A stretch of 64,000 nucleotides of DNA from positions 93,248,001-93,312,000 of the forward strand of contig NC_091980.1 of the NCBI RefSeq assembly GCF_044704955.1. Reading direction: 5' to 3'. The notes beneath the pieces are model-generated. The model was given only the letters and a program-made list of their open reading frames with translations, searched no databases and was not told the origin of the DNA. A program made the translations under genes and the position numbers. The stretch is from Pristiophorus japonicus. Its lineage: Eukaryota. Positions 50,668 to 63,570 of the stretch are shown in pieces (positions within the stretch are counted from its first letter, which is position 1; each line of letters opens with the position of its first letter).

Positions 50668-51655
50668 GTTGTCTTCCACATATTTATTTTGAAAAATAGT
50701 CTGGTGAAAAGATTGTTGATCGGCATGACTATGTAATATTTTTAAGTTACATACTAAGTTGATATTCGTAGATGCATGAATAGCTTGCAAAGTATCACAT
50801 TGTACATTTTGCAAGGAATCAGAATCCACTTTAAAGCATGTGGGAACATAGGTGCAAATCCAATTAAAGTACTGAAGTAAAAATTCACTCTTTAAAGATA
50901 CGGGAAAGGACAAACTGGTAATTCTCAGGCTTCTATAACTAAAAGGAACAGAGACTGCTGAAAATAAGTCACTTATCAAGTATGTGAAAATGTGTGACTT
51001 TCTGAAAGTTACTGAGTGTACATTTTCACAGATGAAGATTTGGATGGACGGTTCCAATGCACGTATCTCTTTGCATCTTGTTGTGGCTTGGGGGTCAAAA
51101 ACACCCCATTGAGATGAAAAAGCAACCCACGAGAAGCTGTTTGTTAAACAGGGTTGGGGCTTTAAGTAAAAGAGAAATGGAGAATTAGTCATGGTCCACA
51201 TTGGTGGTGAGTGCTGGGATGCTTGAGATCATCGGAAAGTATTTTTGTTCTGAGTACAGTGTGTAATGTAGCTTCTCTTTCTTGCAGGAGAAAACTTTGA
51301 TAGATATATAAAGGCATATGGACATTCACAGCCTAAAGTTTGTCTTATAATAATATGTATCAATACTGCACTGTTACAAATTTTGGGTCTGCATTATTCT
51401 CTCAGGTTTAATGTCACCTGTATGTGCTGAATGTTTCAAAGTACAATCTGTGTCCTACAATTTAATTTAGATTAAAATTCAGTTTGATAAACCTGAAGGT
51501 TTATTACAGTAACTACTTTATGCTTTCAAAGGGCAATAACAGTATAGCAATAGTTTTTAACATTTCTTCCAGTGATAACGCATATTCAATAAACTGTTAT
51601 CTGCAGCTTGTCATTTAAAAAGATTTAAGATGCTCTATGTGTCGACACACACAAT

Positions 51656-52249
51656 GGGGTAAAAAGTCAGGGCGTGCTAACGGGGCACAAACGACTTTTC
51701 GCCTGGGCATGGCACCACGACTGACTCCTGCAAAATTCCGCGGGAGTTTAGCGGCGGCGGTAACCGGCAGTGTCCTGCTGTAATCGGTAGCGCCTCGCTT
51801 TGCTGCGCCGGCGATGTCAATGTGTGCATCGACCAGTTTTTGCCCCAGTGCGAAAATTCGATAGCAATGTCCTCCGCAGCTTTAGGGGGCATGTTCCAGA
51901 CTGTAGGCTGCTCACGGGGCGATAACGAAAGGGGAGGTGAGGAATGTAAAGAAAAAATGGCTGAATTACTGGTCGCGGCCGTCTTGTTTCTTGATCGCGG
52001 GGTCCCGCCCGCAGAGTCGGCAGCTTGGCCCTTCCCTTTAATGAAGGGGAGGATTCTGTCTACGCGGCAACATTACGTGTCCCACCGCGTAGCACTGCGC
52101 CCTTCATGGAGTTCTTGCAATATTTTGCGTTCCATTTGCTCTCGGGGGCGGGAAGCTAAATATAGTTCGAGGGGCGGGACTTTCGCACCTGGCGTATGAA
52201 CTCCCGCCTCGCGTCTGTTACCACGGGGGCGGTATGCAATTTCAGCCCC
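51656..52249. mobile_element. Harbinger-type MITE
   Basis: CpG-rich; ends caatttcagcccc; its last 130 bp resemble 52770-52881. Confidence 0.65.
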
Positions 52250-52689
52250 TTAATGTTCCATCTGCGTAACTTCAGATTATGAATTCAGATCATAACCAGG
52301 GGCTTATTTCATATAATGTGATTTTTCTAATTATATTTTGTTTTCTTTATTAAGTTCACAAGGGCACTTCTGAAAAACTTGACATATTTATTAATTCACG
52401 AAAATGCTTGAATTTGGCTTGTGGCAAACTGACCGTGGGGTAAGTTTTATTAAACCATAAAGAAACTTTTTCTAGTTTCATGTGTTTATTCCTTTTGATT
52501 ATGGATATGCCTATGGTTTGAGATTAAAGCTGAAACTAGTGACAATCGCATGAGGCATTCAGCCTCAAAGCTCTTTTTAACCCTGGTTTCTCTCATCACA
52601 TGTTCATCTTTGCAGGACTGCCATGGTGTATCCTGCTCCACTTTCCAATTTGACATCCTATCCTTTGTGTGCATGCTCTTGCTCCAGCG

Positions 52690-52881
52690 ATTGCTGCTCT
52701 GCTAAGCTCAGAATTTGTCGCTCCCGCCCCGCTCTCACCCCACAGAGCAAGTGGAGCACGATACTTTGCACTCCATTTGCTCTCGGGGGTGGTAAGCTGA
52801 ATATAGTTTGCGGGGCGGCACAGGAACTCCCGCCTAGTGACTGTTTCCGCCCCCAAATGGGGCAGTACGCAATTTCGGCCT
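52690..52881. mobile_element. Truncated MITE (right end only)
   Basis: tccatttgctctcggggg...caatttcggcc shared with 52131-52249. Confidence 0.6.
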
Positions 52882-53820
52882 CAATAACTTCTAATTTAAT
52901 ATTGCAGAGATTAGATGCCATTGTCTGAACCAATAAATAGCTCACCAAGCTGTAAATTTTAAGTGAGGTGGTACTTAATTCATTAATTCAGCTCCCATCC
53001 ATGTATTGCTGTATTAATAAAGGGAGATAATGAGTTATTAATTGTTTTAGCTGGAAGGCCATCGAAGTCTGATAATATCACTGTTACCATTCCACACCAG
53101 TAATTCTTCACCATACTTGCCACCAATAGGTTAGTATTTAAATATTAATCTAGTCAATGGTCAAATGTGTTGTATATTAAATATCTGTGCCTACACTTAT
53201 GTGCACCATATCTACACATGTGGAAATATATAGCAAAACTGATGACAGCTTGGCAATTCAGAAAGTCCTTCAAAAGTCAGCCAGTGTCTTTTATAGCTTC
53301 AGAAATTGCCTCCATTTATCTGAGTCACTTTTTATAGACATAATCATTGACTGTTCAATCACAAAAGAGGTCAAAGAGTGCTTTCAATAAATGGTACTAC
53401 TCCCTAAGGACAATGGCAGAGTTTCTGAGCAACAATCAATTTATCCAAGAGTAAGTCAATTTTATCAACAAAACCTTCTGTTTTAACAGAGTATATCCTA
53501 AATGAAAGTACTCCATGGCCCTCAGGCAGGTCCCAGTAGAGCACTGCTTAAAGCCCACGGCACGGGAAAATATAAGTAAGCCTGAGCACAGATTGAAGGC
53601 AGTGAATTAAAACTAGGAGAAACAATAATTACGTAGATCTATTTTAAAACAAATAGTTCTGGTGAGTTGGTTACCAAAGATGTGAGATGATCCCTGTGGA
53701 AATTATTGCTACCTTTAACCGTATGAAGAAAGTTAACAAAAACAAAGTGATGGGAAGATAAACATTTTCTAAAACTGGCCTGAAGAATCTGTGTCCTATG
53801 CACTTTGTAATTTCTCCTCA

Positions 53821-53940
53821 CTCTGCCCCCCCACCGTTCCCCCCCTCCGCCATCCCCCCACCGTCCGTCCCGCGCCCCCCGCCCACCCCGCCGCCCCCCC
53901 CCCCACCGCCGTTCCCCTCCCCTCCACCATCCCCCCCCAG
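53821..53940. repeat. C-rich low-complexity tract (G-rich on the ABLIM3 sense strand)
   Basis: More than ten C-runs. Confidence 0.85.
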
Positions 53941-54384
53941 ACGTTTTTCTCCCTTTGCGGGTTATTTGCTACAATGCATTGCTCTCTAGTAAGGAGTGAA
54001 GCATGGTCTAGACTGTTTCATGATCACTGTCATTAACGCTTCCCAATTAGACAGCAGATGGTATAATTCCTACAGAGCCTGCTAGACAACGTCAACCATT
54101 TTCAGAAAACCTCATAACTACATGTCATTTTATTTAAAAATTGGATAGAAGTCAGCCCCAATGGAAGAGATATGAATCATGTGGTCCTTTGACTCTAAGT
54201 TGTGACTTTCTAGTTTGGTATCAAAGACTGAACATCTCGAGTTACTGGGCCATTTATGTCTTTAAATGATTGATGCATTGCTAACTCATCACCACCCTTT
54301 GGTAAAGGTCAGGACTGAAGAGCAAATGATTTATTTTAGGTTTCTGGAGTTCAATAGACCGAATGAATTAACATAAATCAGAGC

Positions 54385-54640
54385 CAGGCAACTCAGGAGA
54401 GAAGTTTGGCAACACTTCTCCACGCAAAGGATGGTAGAAATGTGAAGCTCTCTCCCACGAAAAGCAGTAGATGCTATCTCAATTAATTATTTTAAAGCTG
54501 AGATCAATAGATTTTTGCTAGCTGAGGATATTAAGGCATATGGAGACAAGATTGACTGATGGTGTTATGATACAGATCAGCCATTGAATGGCGGAACAGA
54601 CTTGAGAGGCTGAATGGGCTACTCCTATTACTATGTTCCT
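54385..54640 (+). mobile_element. Old CR1 3' fragment
   Basis: cacttctccacgcaaaggatggtagaaatgtg...gaggctgaatgggctactcct. Confidence 0.75.
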
Positions 54641-55263
54641 TTTGTACACAGCTGTAATTATTTCATTGCAATGATTGGAAATAAAATATATAATGTAAAA
54701 TACAAATATTCTGGGAGGTATTATGTTTGAGCTTTTCATAAATATAACTTTCGTGTATTTATAATGATATATTTAAAATCTACATTAGTTATTAAAAAAA
54801 ATAGTTGTACAGTGGTGATTTAAATACAATGCATGTTGGTGAATGATGACGGCATTGGCAAATACAACACTTAGTAAATTTTGGGCCAGTGTGAGAACTG
54901 AACATGTCCAACTTAGATATGCCCCACCAATGTTTGGTTCACTCCAACTTCAGGACAGCATATCTTTCAGCACAGTGTGAGTCTTTTCAATTCCTACACT
55001 AACTAACAATATGTTTTCTGTGTGAGAATGCTCTTTGTGCTGAAGTGTGGGTATGTTTTATATCTTGGGTCTGAATGTAGCCATCAGAAACCGAATGAAA
55101 ATACCTCAAATTAATTTAATTTAGGATGCTTACAGCCAGCAGAGATACAAGACTTTCACCTCATTAGTGCGAGCTGGATTCAAACCCAAGTAACAGAAGT
55201 GAAAGGGCAGTGGGAAAGTCATAATGACATTTCTGGTCATGTTCACTGAAAAAAGAACTCACA

Positions 55264-56963
55264 GGGCTAGATTTGTGACAGGTTTGCGACCGTTTTTCCG
55301 CCTGGGCGAATCGCAAAACTAATTTTTTAGGCGCTAAACGAGTCGCAAAACATTTTGGGCCTGGGCGGAAATTTCGGAGGTGGTTTTGCGGCGCCGCAAA
55401 AACTTAGCGCCCGCCCAATGTTTTCACTGTTAGGACGACGTCAATCAGCATGCAACACTGCGCTTTAGCCCCGGGAGGAAAATTTGTCGATATTGGCCCT
55501 TTTACCATCAGCCCGGAAATCCGTCGGAAAAAAATCAGTCAGACCCAGGGCGCACCCAACACCATCTTGATAATGGAGCAGTTCAGTACATAAAAGGATT
55601 TGGAGAAGGAAGGCTGCATTTTACACAGTGAAGTTTTATGTGAGATTATATAGTTCATCTTAAAAGGATATTTAAGGACATTTTTAAAAATGGGGGCTAT
55701 ACTATGTCAGCCATTATTCCTGTCTGCTTTTTCTATGCAGTGTCGAGCTGGAAGAAGGCCGATTGATGAGCGTAATCGAAGAGGTCGCACATGTATGGGG
55801 AGGAGGCCTTACAGGAGTTTACAGGGAACACGCTCATACCTGCAGGTCTCTGAGGCACAGTGAATTAGAAGGCAGCGCTTCCGAAAAGAGGTGGACACAG
55901 AGATATGTCAGCTCATAAAGGCAGGCCTACAGCCTACCAGCGACAACACGACTGTACTGCCCGTCGAGGTGAAGGTGAAGGTGACTGCAGCACTTGTCTT
56001 CTATGCATCCGGCTCCTTTCAGGCATCAGCAGGGGACATATGCTCCATCTCACAGTACGCTACACATTGCTGCATTTGCCAGATGCCTACTGCACTGTAC
56101 GCACGCAGGATGGACTTCATAAACTTCCTGATGACCAAGGAGGCACAGAATGAAAGGACTATAGGTTTTGGACGAATTGCTGGCTTCCCCAAGGTTCAGG
56201 GTGCCATTGACTGTACGCACATTGCCCTGCGAGCACTTTTACGCAATCCAGAGGTTTTCCGAAACTGAAAGGGATTCCACTCCATGAACGTATAGATTGT
56301 CTGTGACCATGCTCAGTGCACCATGGCAGTCAATGCCCAATATCCAGTGAGCACCCATGATGCTTTCATCTTGCATGAGTACAGTGTCTCACGCTTGTTC
56401 GAGCGTCAACCACAGGCAAAAATGGGGTAGTCAGCTGTTTTGAGTCCGGGCGCGATCCTCGGGTCAAATTTTGTGGCAGCGCTTAGAAGCACCACTGGGG
56501 AGAGCTGCGCTGGATGTGCAATGGCTCGGATTGTGTCACTGGCAGAAATTTCAACAATCACCCGACCCGTACACCCTGAAACATGCCCCGTGATGACCGC
56601 CAGGGAAAATGCTGCCCTGCTGGCGGTGGTGAGTTGGATAAACAGCAAAAAAGGTAAGTTCCAGTTTTTATTTTTTAATATTTTTGCAACGATTTGTGTG
56701 GTGAGGGTGTTGGGAATGTTTTTTGAATGTTTTTGTGAATGTTTTTTTCCACTCCCAAGGCCTCTCTCGGAGCGCTCTCGGCCCCGCACTAAAGTTGACG
56801 AGGATCCCGTTTTTGCACCGCAAAAGAAGTACAATGCCTCCCTTTGTGCTGCAGGCCCAAATTACAAAAGTTGCTCCACATTGAGCAAACGTTAATCGGG
56901 TGGTAAATTTCCCGCCCCGCCTCCGTTTTCACCCCAAAAACAACAAAGCCAAAGATACAGCCC
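55264..56963 (+). mobile_element. Harbinger copy 3 (transposase 5' part only, Myb gene absent)
   Basis: Imperfect gggct... / ...agccc termini around the transposase remnant. Confidence 0.65.
55690..56415 (+). pseudogene. Harbinger DDE transposase remnant
   Basis: KVTAALVFYASGSFQ...IAGFPKVQGAIDCTHIAL...FRN*KGFHSMNV...STHDAFIL, with stops; truncated before LGD. Confidence 0.9.
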
Positions 56964-57829
56964 AATAGTACCAAGAGCAGCTGAGTATTTTCTTTTGCTA
57001 GTCATTGGTAACTTTGAAGCCGAGTTAAAAAATAATCACTGCATGAAAGAGCAAGGGGACAAACTGAAAGGAGATGAGACGATCGGGTTTGTCTTCATGA
57101 AAACTCTAAGAACTCGACTTTAGCTGAATTTCCAGAAAACTGTAATCACTTCACCTCAGTACGATGGGCTGCAATAAATCTACACCAGACGTTTTCTTTC
57201 ACTGCTGATATAAGCTGAGAGACATTGAACATTTAACCCACCAGACTCATCTAGCTCACGACCACTACAAATAACATGTTTTAGAGTATTTGGAAACTCT
57301 AAGATGTTCCTCATTGTTAAATGGCTTTGTTACTTTCCAACACTTTAAAATTCATTCAAACTTTATAGTTGCCGTTGCTGCATTGGAGCCTGGGTTATTT
57401 TCATGTTGTACTGCTTTCACGATAGCCCCATTCATTTTCTTGCAATTGTGAATTGTGAGCTTTTCAAAACCATTCATCTGCAAATTATGCTGATTTGATT
57501 ATCGCTTTGTTACAGACTTCATTAGCAGTAATGCTTTCTCAGTACAAAGTCGTTACTCAGTACATTAGAGTTACCAGTATTGGCAGTCTAATTCTTATTT
57601 ATCCTATTCTAATGAAATTAACTTTCAAATGAACAGGTATTATAATATAGATAACATTTTACAGAGATGGTTTTTCAATGGTAGTACAATTTTATCACTG
57701 ACTATAATAATAAAAAGAGCTAAAAGATGGATAGGTAATTCGAGCTGAACAAACAACAAGGATTAAAGGGAATTGCAAGGCTTTAAACATATGTATCACA
57801 AAAAGCCAGCTCATAAAGAGAAAATTCTG

Positions 57830-58130
57830 GGTGAATGTTACAATGGGCCAAAGGGACAGCAGACATGGAGTGGCCCTCCCCTTTAATTAAAGGGGAGGGG
57901 CGTTCTGCTGCGTCAGCGATATGTAGCGTTGACATTGACGGTGGGGTGCAGGGTTTCGGGAACGTGGTGCTGGGTTCAGCGCCGCCCAACTGCCCCAGAA
58001 ACACCCCTCATGGACGCGGAGCACCTCCGATAGCACTCCGCCTCCATTGAGGGGTGGAAGTGCCAAAATCCACGCTGGGGGCAGAACCTCTGGGCCGAGT
58101 GATAAATGTCCCGGCCCCTGAAGGTTATCG
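57830..58130. mobile_element. MITE fragment
   Basis: GC-rich; contains the palindrome ccctcccctttaattaaaggggaggg shared with other MITEs in the window. Confidence 0.5.
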
Positions 58131-59624
58131 CCTCCAATCCAATAACAATATGGCAATTTAAATTAATTGTATTCAAGTGTCTGTCGACATTGAATCCTGG
58201 GGTTTTATTTGTTTTAAGATTGTCTAGAATTTTAGAATGAAGTCTTGAATTATGCCTTTGAACCCTTTTTTAGGGATGGCACATTGTTCATATCTTCCCT
58301 TGTGAATACTGTGAGGACGTAATCACTCAGAATATGCTCTCTCTTCTGCTCATCAGTTTGAAGTCCATTTCCATCTTTTAATGTTTTCATCAATTGTCCA
58401 ACAGTTCTCTTGTTATGCAGAATGTTTATTATTATTATACCTTTGCAGCTATGCTTTTTACGAGGTTTCTCTTAGCCTCTCTGCTCACCTTTAAAATTGT
58501 TTCTGTGTGCTCCTATATTCATCTTAGTGAGCCCTTATTTCTTCCTGCAGAATTTATGGAAGTAATGTTTCCTCTTTATTTTGCTTTTAATTTGTTTGTT
58601 AATCCAGTTAAATGAGGATGGTCAGCTAAAATCACCGAAGGCCTCCTACTGCCGCTGGTGGTTAGGAAATTAACTCGCGAGTGTGGTTTCCTCCCGGACA
58701 CTCCCTCCAAGTTAAAACTCCTCTCGTTCTTTCTGTAGTTACACCCCTTGCACAGGCTTAACTTTGTTTTATTCTTGTTCTCTCTAACATATATGGCTGC
58801 ACCACCTCTTTTCAGTCCTTTCTGAATATTAAATTCATTTCCATCCTTAGGGTTCTCCCATGTTTGATATTCCCATCACATTGTACTTTACTATGGCCAC
58901 AACAGCCTCCAGCTCGATCACCTTTTTTCTTTTAGCGACTGATGTTAAGATAAACTAGAAAGAAATGTAAAACAACTATTTACATTTTTGTGAAAAAACT
59001 GTTATTGAATGAAATACAAACTAAATGATTTCTAAATCAATAACTGTTTATTTAAACAGACTTTGTTACTATACATGCATTATACCCTGTCCCCATTGTT
59101 TAAACACAGTGCCCCATATGCTTGACAAACTGTTCAGGATTCTGGTCATAAGCCAAACCCTCCACAGGGACTATAGTAATACAATAATATCTTTCAATTA
59201 CCATTTTACTTTTCCTAGCCAAGGTCAGGTAAGCATAAACTGATGTTCAGTATGACTAAAGAAATTTGAAAAAAAAACAATTTCTGTTATCTTCTGTTCA
59301 CTAAAATGGAAATCAAATGGTACATTAAAAAAATTGCTGTGATAAACAATGTGATCTTATAATGACTTGCATTTAACTGAGCAGCACAGTGAAATAGCTT
59401 TAACATAAAAGTTAATATAGAAGCCTTTCATAGTTGATTAAATTTAATGTATTTCCCTCGTTTACGGATGTGATTAAGCTACCATTAGTTGTAACATACC
59501 CACTTAAAAAATATTATTTAGCATGTACAACTCAGGTAGGCCACCTAATTATATTTGAAGGGTGTAGGAGTAATAATTTTTTCTTGCATATGTACAGAAA
59601 TGGAAACATTAAGGCAAGGTAACA

Positions 59625-60000
59625 ACTCTTTTAGGGAGTACAAAACAAACATTAGATCGAGTGTCCCCCGATCTGGGGGACACTCCAGACACTTATACCT
59701 GCCCTCTTTTTTTAAAACTTTTTTGTTGGTTTTTTTTGTGATTTTTTTGGGCAATAAAATCCTAAAGTTTACAAGTGCCCCCTATAAAAGGGGAGGGGGA
59801 CACTAAAAACCCCGGCAATTAAAACAAATTAAACTTTAAATCATAAAATCAAATTAAAATTTGGTTGCCGGGGGTGATGATGCACTCCAGTCCCTCCGGT
59901 GCCCACCTCTCGCGGAAGGCCACGAGCGTACCGGTGGACACCGCGTGCTCCATCTCTAGGGACACCCTGGCCCGGATGTAGGCGCGGAAGGCAAGGTAAC
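59625..60000 (-). mobile_element. Tx1/L1-clade non-LTR retrotransposon 3' fragment
   Basis: FRAYIRARVSLEMEHAVSTGTLVAFRERWAPEG...* C-terminus, then a 3' region with hairpins and A-rich runs. Confidence 0.65.
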
Positions 60001-61380
60001 AAGGTGCCTGTTTTGTTCTGGGCAACTGCATGCAATCATTTGTTATTTACTACCCTAAACACCGAACAGGATCTAGTTCCAGCTATTTGTAAATAATCAA
60101 TGCAGCCTGAACATTTCAAAGAATTCTCAAACAAATGATCAGACCACAAGGGTCTATTTAAACCAACACCAGGAAGACACTTGCATGCACAAAGTCAGTG
60201 GGGCTAATTATTCTTTATTGGCGTGAGTCAGTTCTAAATGGTCAAGAACTGATGCTAATCTCACCAGAATGGTAAATTGCTCATAGCACTCAAATCTTGT
60301 GGATCAGCACATAATTGTTCACTGATTGCAGATTTAGGTAGCTGTATGGATGCACACTTGTGGAAGGAGTCGCACATTACATGCAAGTAGAATTTAAAGG
60401 GATGGGAACTGTTAAAGAGAAGTGCCAAAATGAGGTGAGAAAAAATACAATGTCATTAGAAAACCCCAAACGACATCTCAAAAGCATTGCCATTGCCACA
60501 GTTCAAGCGGCAAGTGATTAAGAAATCACAGACAAAAATTAAGGGAAAGGAAATTCAAGGTGTAGTTATGAGTGTGCTGGCAAGTGATAGAGTATCTTAG
60601 CACCTGGCCCCTGCTGGATGGTTGCTAAACTGGATATGATGTGGCATCAGTTGGTTGTGAGGAGGGCTGCCCTCTGTGGAATTCCATAGTACATAAATTC
60701 CTATTCGACCCTGGAAGGCGGTGGAGATAGGCTTCATGCTGCAGCTGATTGATGCAGTCACTGGCTAATTCAGCTCTGTGAAACATATTAGCAGCAGGTG
60801 TGCTTGCAGTCAATGATGCAGGCCTGCATCTGGATCTCTGCTGACCCAGACCCTGTGAAGATTGTTACCTACAGTTGTTCCTAGTGAGGAGTGATAGTGT
60901 CTGAAAGTATGGTAGGTGGCGGTGGCGATTCAGACTTTACTAGCTGATGATAACCCTGGAATGCTTTCTTTCATACAATAACATGGATAGTATGACATGC
61001 TGTGATTGGGGTGCTTCTGCAGAATCAGCCAGCATAAATAACTGCCATTGGGCTTGCTGTCACAATCTTTCTTGAGAGTTGGAGTTTTCGCTTGCACTAA
61101 TTGTCTGCCAACGTGAGGTCTCCTCACCTCTGTCGAAAGATATGGGTCGGTACAGACCACTGCTCATGCAACCTGACCTGACTGGTATCCCTTTAGTATA
61201 ATTCCTCTTTTTCTTCCTAACACCTAGGTTAGAGGGGTCGGAAGGGGGGAACTTTTCCATTTGGAAATTCATTAGTGCCAATAATGATGCTGGGAACAAA
61301 AAAAACAAATGAAAAAATTAGCACAATAGTTCATGAGAATCTATATGCTAGTAGAAAAGACAAACAAAATTGAGAAACCG

Positions 61381-61708
61381 GGCCAGAAATGGCCAAAAAA
61401 TTGTTAAACCTTATTATCCCTTTAAATTTACTTCCAGTATAGCTCAGTGCCTCGCAACCTTAGATAACCATTTATAAGGGCAGCAATCAGAAGTGTCACT
61501 CGATCACAGGAATATGACGCAAAGTCATTATTATGTTACCTAGGTTTCATTACCATATATATGACACTCCTACACCTACTGTTCGCCTGCATGCAATGTG
61601 TCCCATGGATAAAAGATGTGTTCGAGGTCTCATGCCTCTTTTTCCATGCCATGGAAAGTGTGCGATGTAAAGTGGTGCTTATGGGGTGTTAATACAGGAA
61701 AGTTGGCC
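61381..61708. mobile_element. Degenerate Harbinger-type MITE
   Basis: ggccagaaat / aaagttggcc termini, possible CCG TSD. Confidence 0.35.
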
Positions 61709-62709
61709 CCGGTAATTCTATTCTAGTTGGCATCTTTCTTTATGTCCATTTAAATTAATGACAAAAATTGCATATTGAATCAATGAGATTGTATTCAATC
61801 GAGCAGCACCTGCTTCTGCTGCTAGTGTGGAACCTCTTCTGTCACTTTGGATGCATCTGGGATTGTTAATGTAATTAACTTGTTGGATTGTTTTAACGAA
61901 TTGTGGAAGTCATTAGATTTTTGTACGTTTTGTACGTAACATGCACAAGATGAGCACCAGGGACTAAAACAGTTTTGGTGTCCAGACAAAAGCATGTATA
62001 CATATTATCATATCACGCTTTGTACTCTTAATTAAATTACACATAAAAAAAAATATCAAGTCAGGGGAATTATCGAAGAAATGTCTTTGCTATCTTCACC
62101 TAATATTTTTTATCTAATGAAAGAGGCTTTATGCTTCTTTTATTCAGTTCATTGGTATTCTTTATTTGGGCTTTCAATAGGAGAGGATTAGCAAGGAACA
62201 CATCCTCAGATCCTATATACACCAATTCACAGGTCACATGTTGGACTAATAAAAACCATTTTCTTGTTTTTTAGTTCATTTTTCTCCAAGTCAAACACTG
62301 GCCTTTGATTTAGCTGCACAATTTAAGCTGCACAGGCCTGCTATTCCTCTTCTGCTGAGTCAGCACTGAAAGATTCTCTTCATTAATCCCCACTGTCTCC
62401 ATCTCAGACCCTGCATTTCTCTTCTATTTGTAGCTATCGAGCAATAATTTAAACACTGGCGTGTGTATATCGCGATTCAGAAGTTATTTGAGTCTTGAGC
62501 AGTGCAGCAGATTTTACTAAAAATGGCAGCAATCACTGCTTATTTAACTTACTTTAATGAGTAAAAATAATGGCTAATTAGGAATTTATGCTGGTTGGTA
62601 TCAAGCCAGGAATTAATTATATTCAGTTTACTTCAAAAGAAAAACTCTTACTTTTTTTTCTCCCTTGAGTTTTCACACCTCCTTTCCTGAAGGCAGTAGG
62701 GTAGATTTT

Positions 62710-63421
62710 GGGGCCGAAATTGGTCGTCCGCCCATTTTTCGGTGGTATGCCAGTGGTATGTCGTTTCATTCCGCCGGGTATCGCTGGGGCGGAGTGTGCG
62801 TGATTTTCGTCAGTTTTTTCTCGGTGCTATGCCGAGAGGAGTGCAGCCGGTGGTGTGCGGGTGGGTGAGTCCTTTACACTCGGGAATCTTCGGCTCCCGA
62901 ATTCTGCGCACGCTCATGCTGCTGCAAAGTGCCACCCTCCCCCGCCCCCGAAAGACACAGACCAGAATCGACAGAGACTGCCGGCCTGAGATTGCTGTGC
63001 AGGTATGTGGCGGGTGGGCGGGCGGGGGGAAGTGTTTCTTGGAGGGGTATTGCTACTTGTGGAGGGGGGGAGATTGCTTCTTGGGGGGAGATCGCTGTGG
63101 GGCGGGGGGACGACAGATAAAAACATTTTCACAGGTGAAGATGCATACTGCCGACTGAAGATTGACTTAAAACTACCTTTTCCAGGACGGTCTGCAGGGT
63201 CGGCGGTATGCCAGTGGTAAGTCATCAATTTAGCGATTTTGGGCGGTATGTCGGCGGTATGCAGGGGCGGACTGTATACATACCGCCTGGCAGTATGTCG
63301 CTGATGAATTTTCCACCGGGTGGTATGTGGGCAATATGTTGGTATTTTTCGATCAATTTCACGATTTTGGGTATTATGTCGGCGGTCAGTATGTGGTGGT
63401 ATGTCCACCAATTTTGGGTCC
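62710..63421. mobile_element. Harbinger-type MITE with subterminal GGTATG repeats
   Basis: TIRs ggggccgaaattggt / accaattttgggtcc; TTT on both flanks. Confidence 0.8.
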
Positions 63422-63439
63422 TTTGACTTTGTGTGATAT

Positions 63440-63570
63440 TGTAAGCTGGGTGATAGCGAATCAGCAGCCTGTTTTACATCTCTCCTGATTTTAGTTTCCA
63501 TTAAATCCATGAAAATAAATATCAGGAGAGATGTAAAACGGACTGCCGATTCGCTAGCGCCTGTTTTACA
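63440..63570. repeat. Foldback inverted repeat, about 50-bp arms
   Basis: tagcgaatcagcagcctgttttacatctctcctgat pairs with atcaggagagatgtaaaacggactgccgattcgcta. Confidence 0.85.

Noticed and set aside
55160-55212. tRNA gene on the minus strand
   Set aside because: Only a box-B-like gggtttgaatcc with no cloverleaf. More likely a decayed SINE head.
55690-56415. Domesticated HARBI1 host gene
   Set aside because: In-frame stops, truncation, TE-like termini and related decayed copies in the same window indicate a transposon remnant.
60600-61200. Possible coding or retrocopy segment
   Set aside because: No sustained frame or recognisable motif. It may be a very old TE but I cannot support a call.
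62914-63510. 198-aa Pro-rich ORF
   Set aside because: It spans a GC-rich MITE and a hairpin, has no recognisable domain, and is expected by chance at this GC content.
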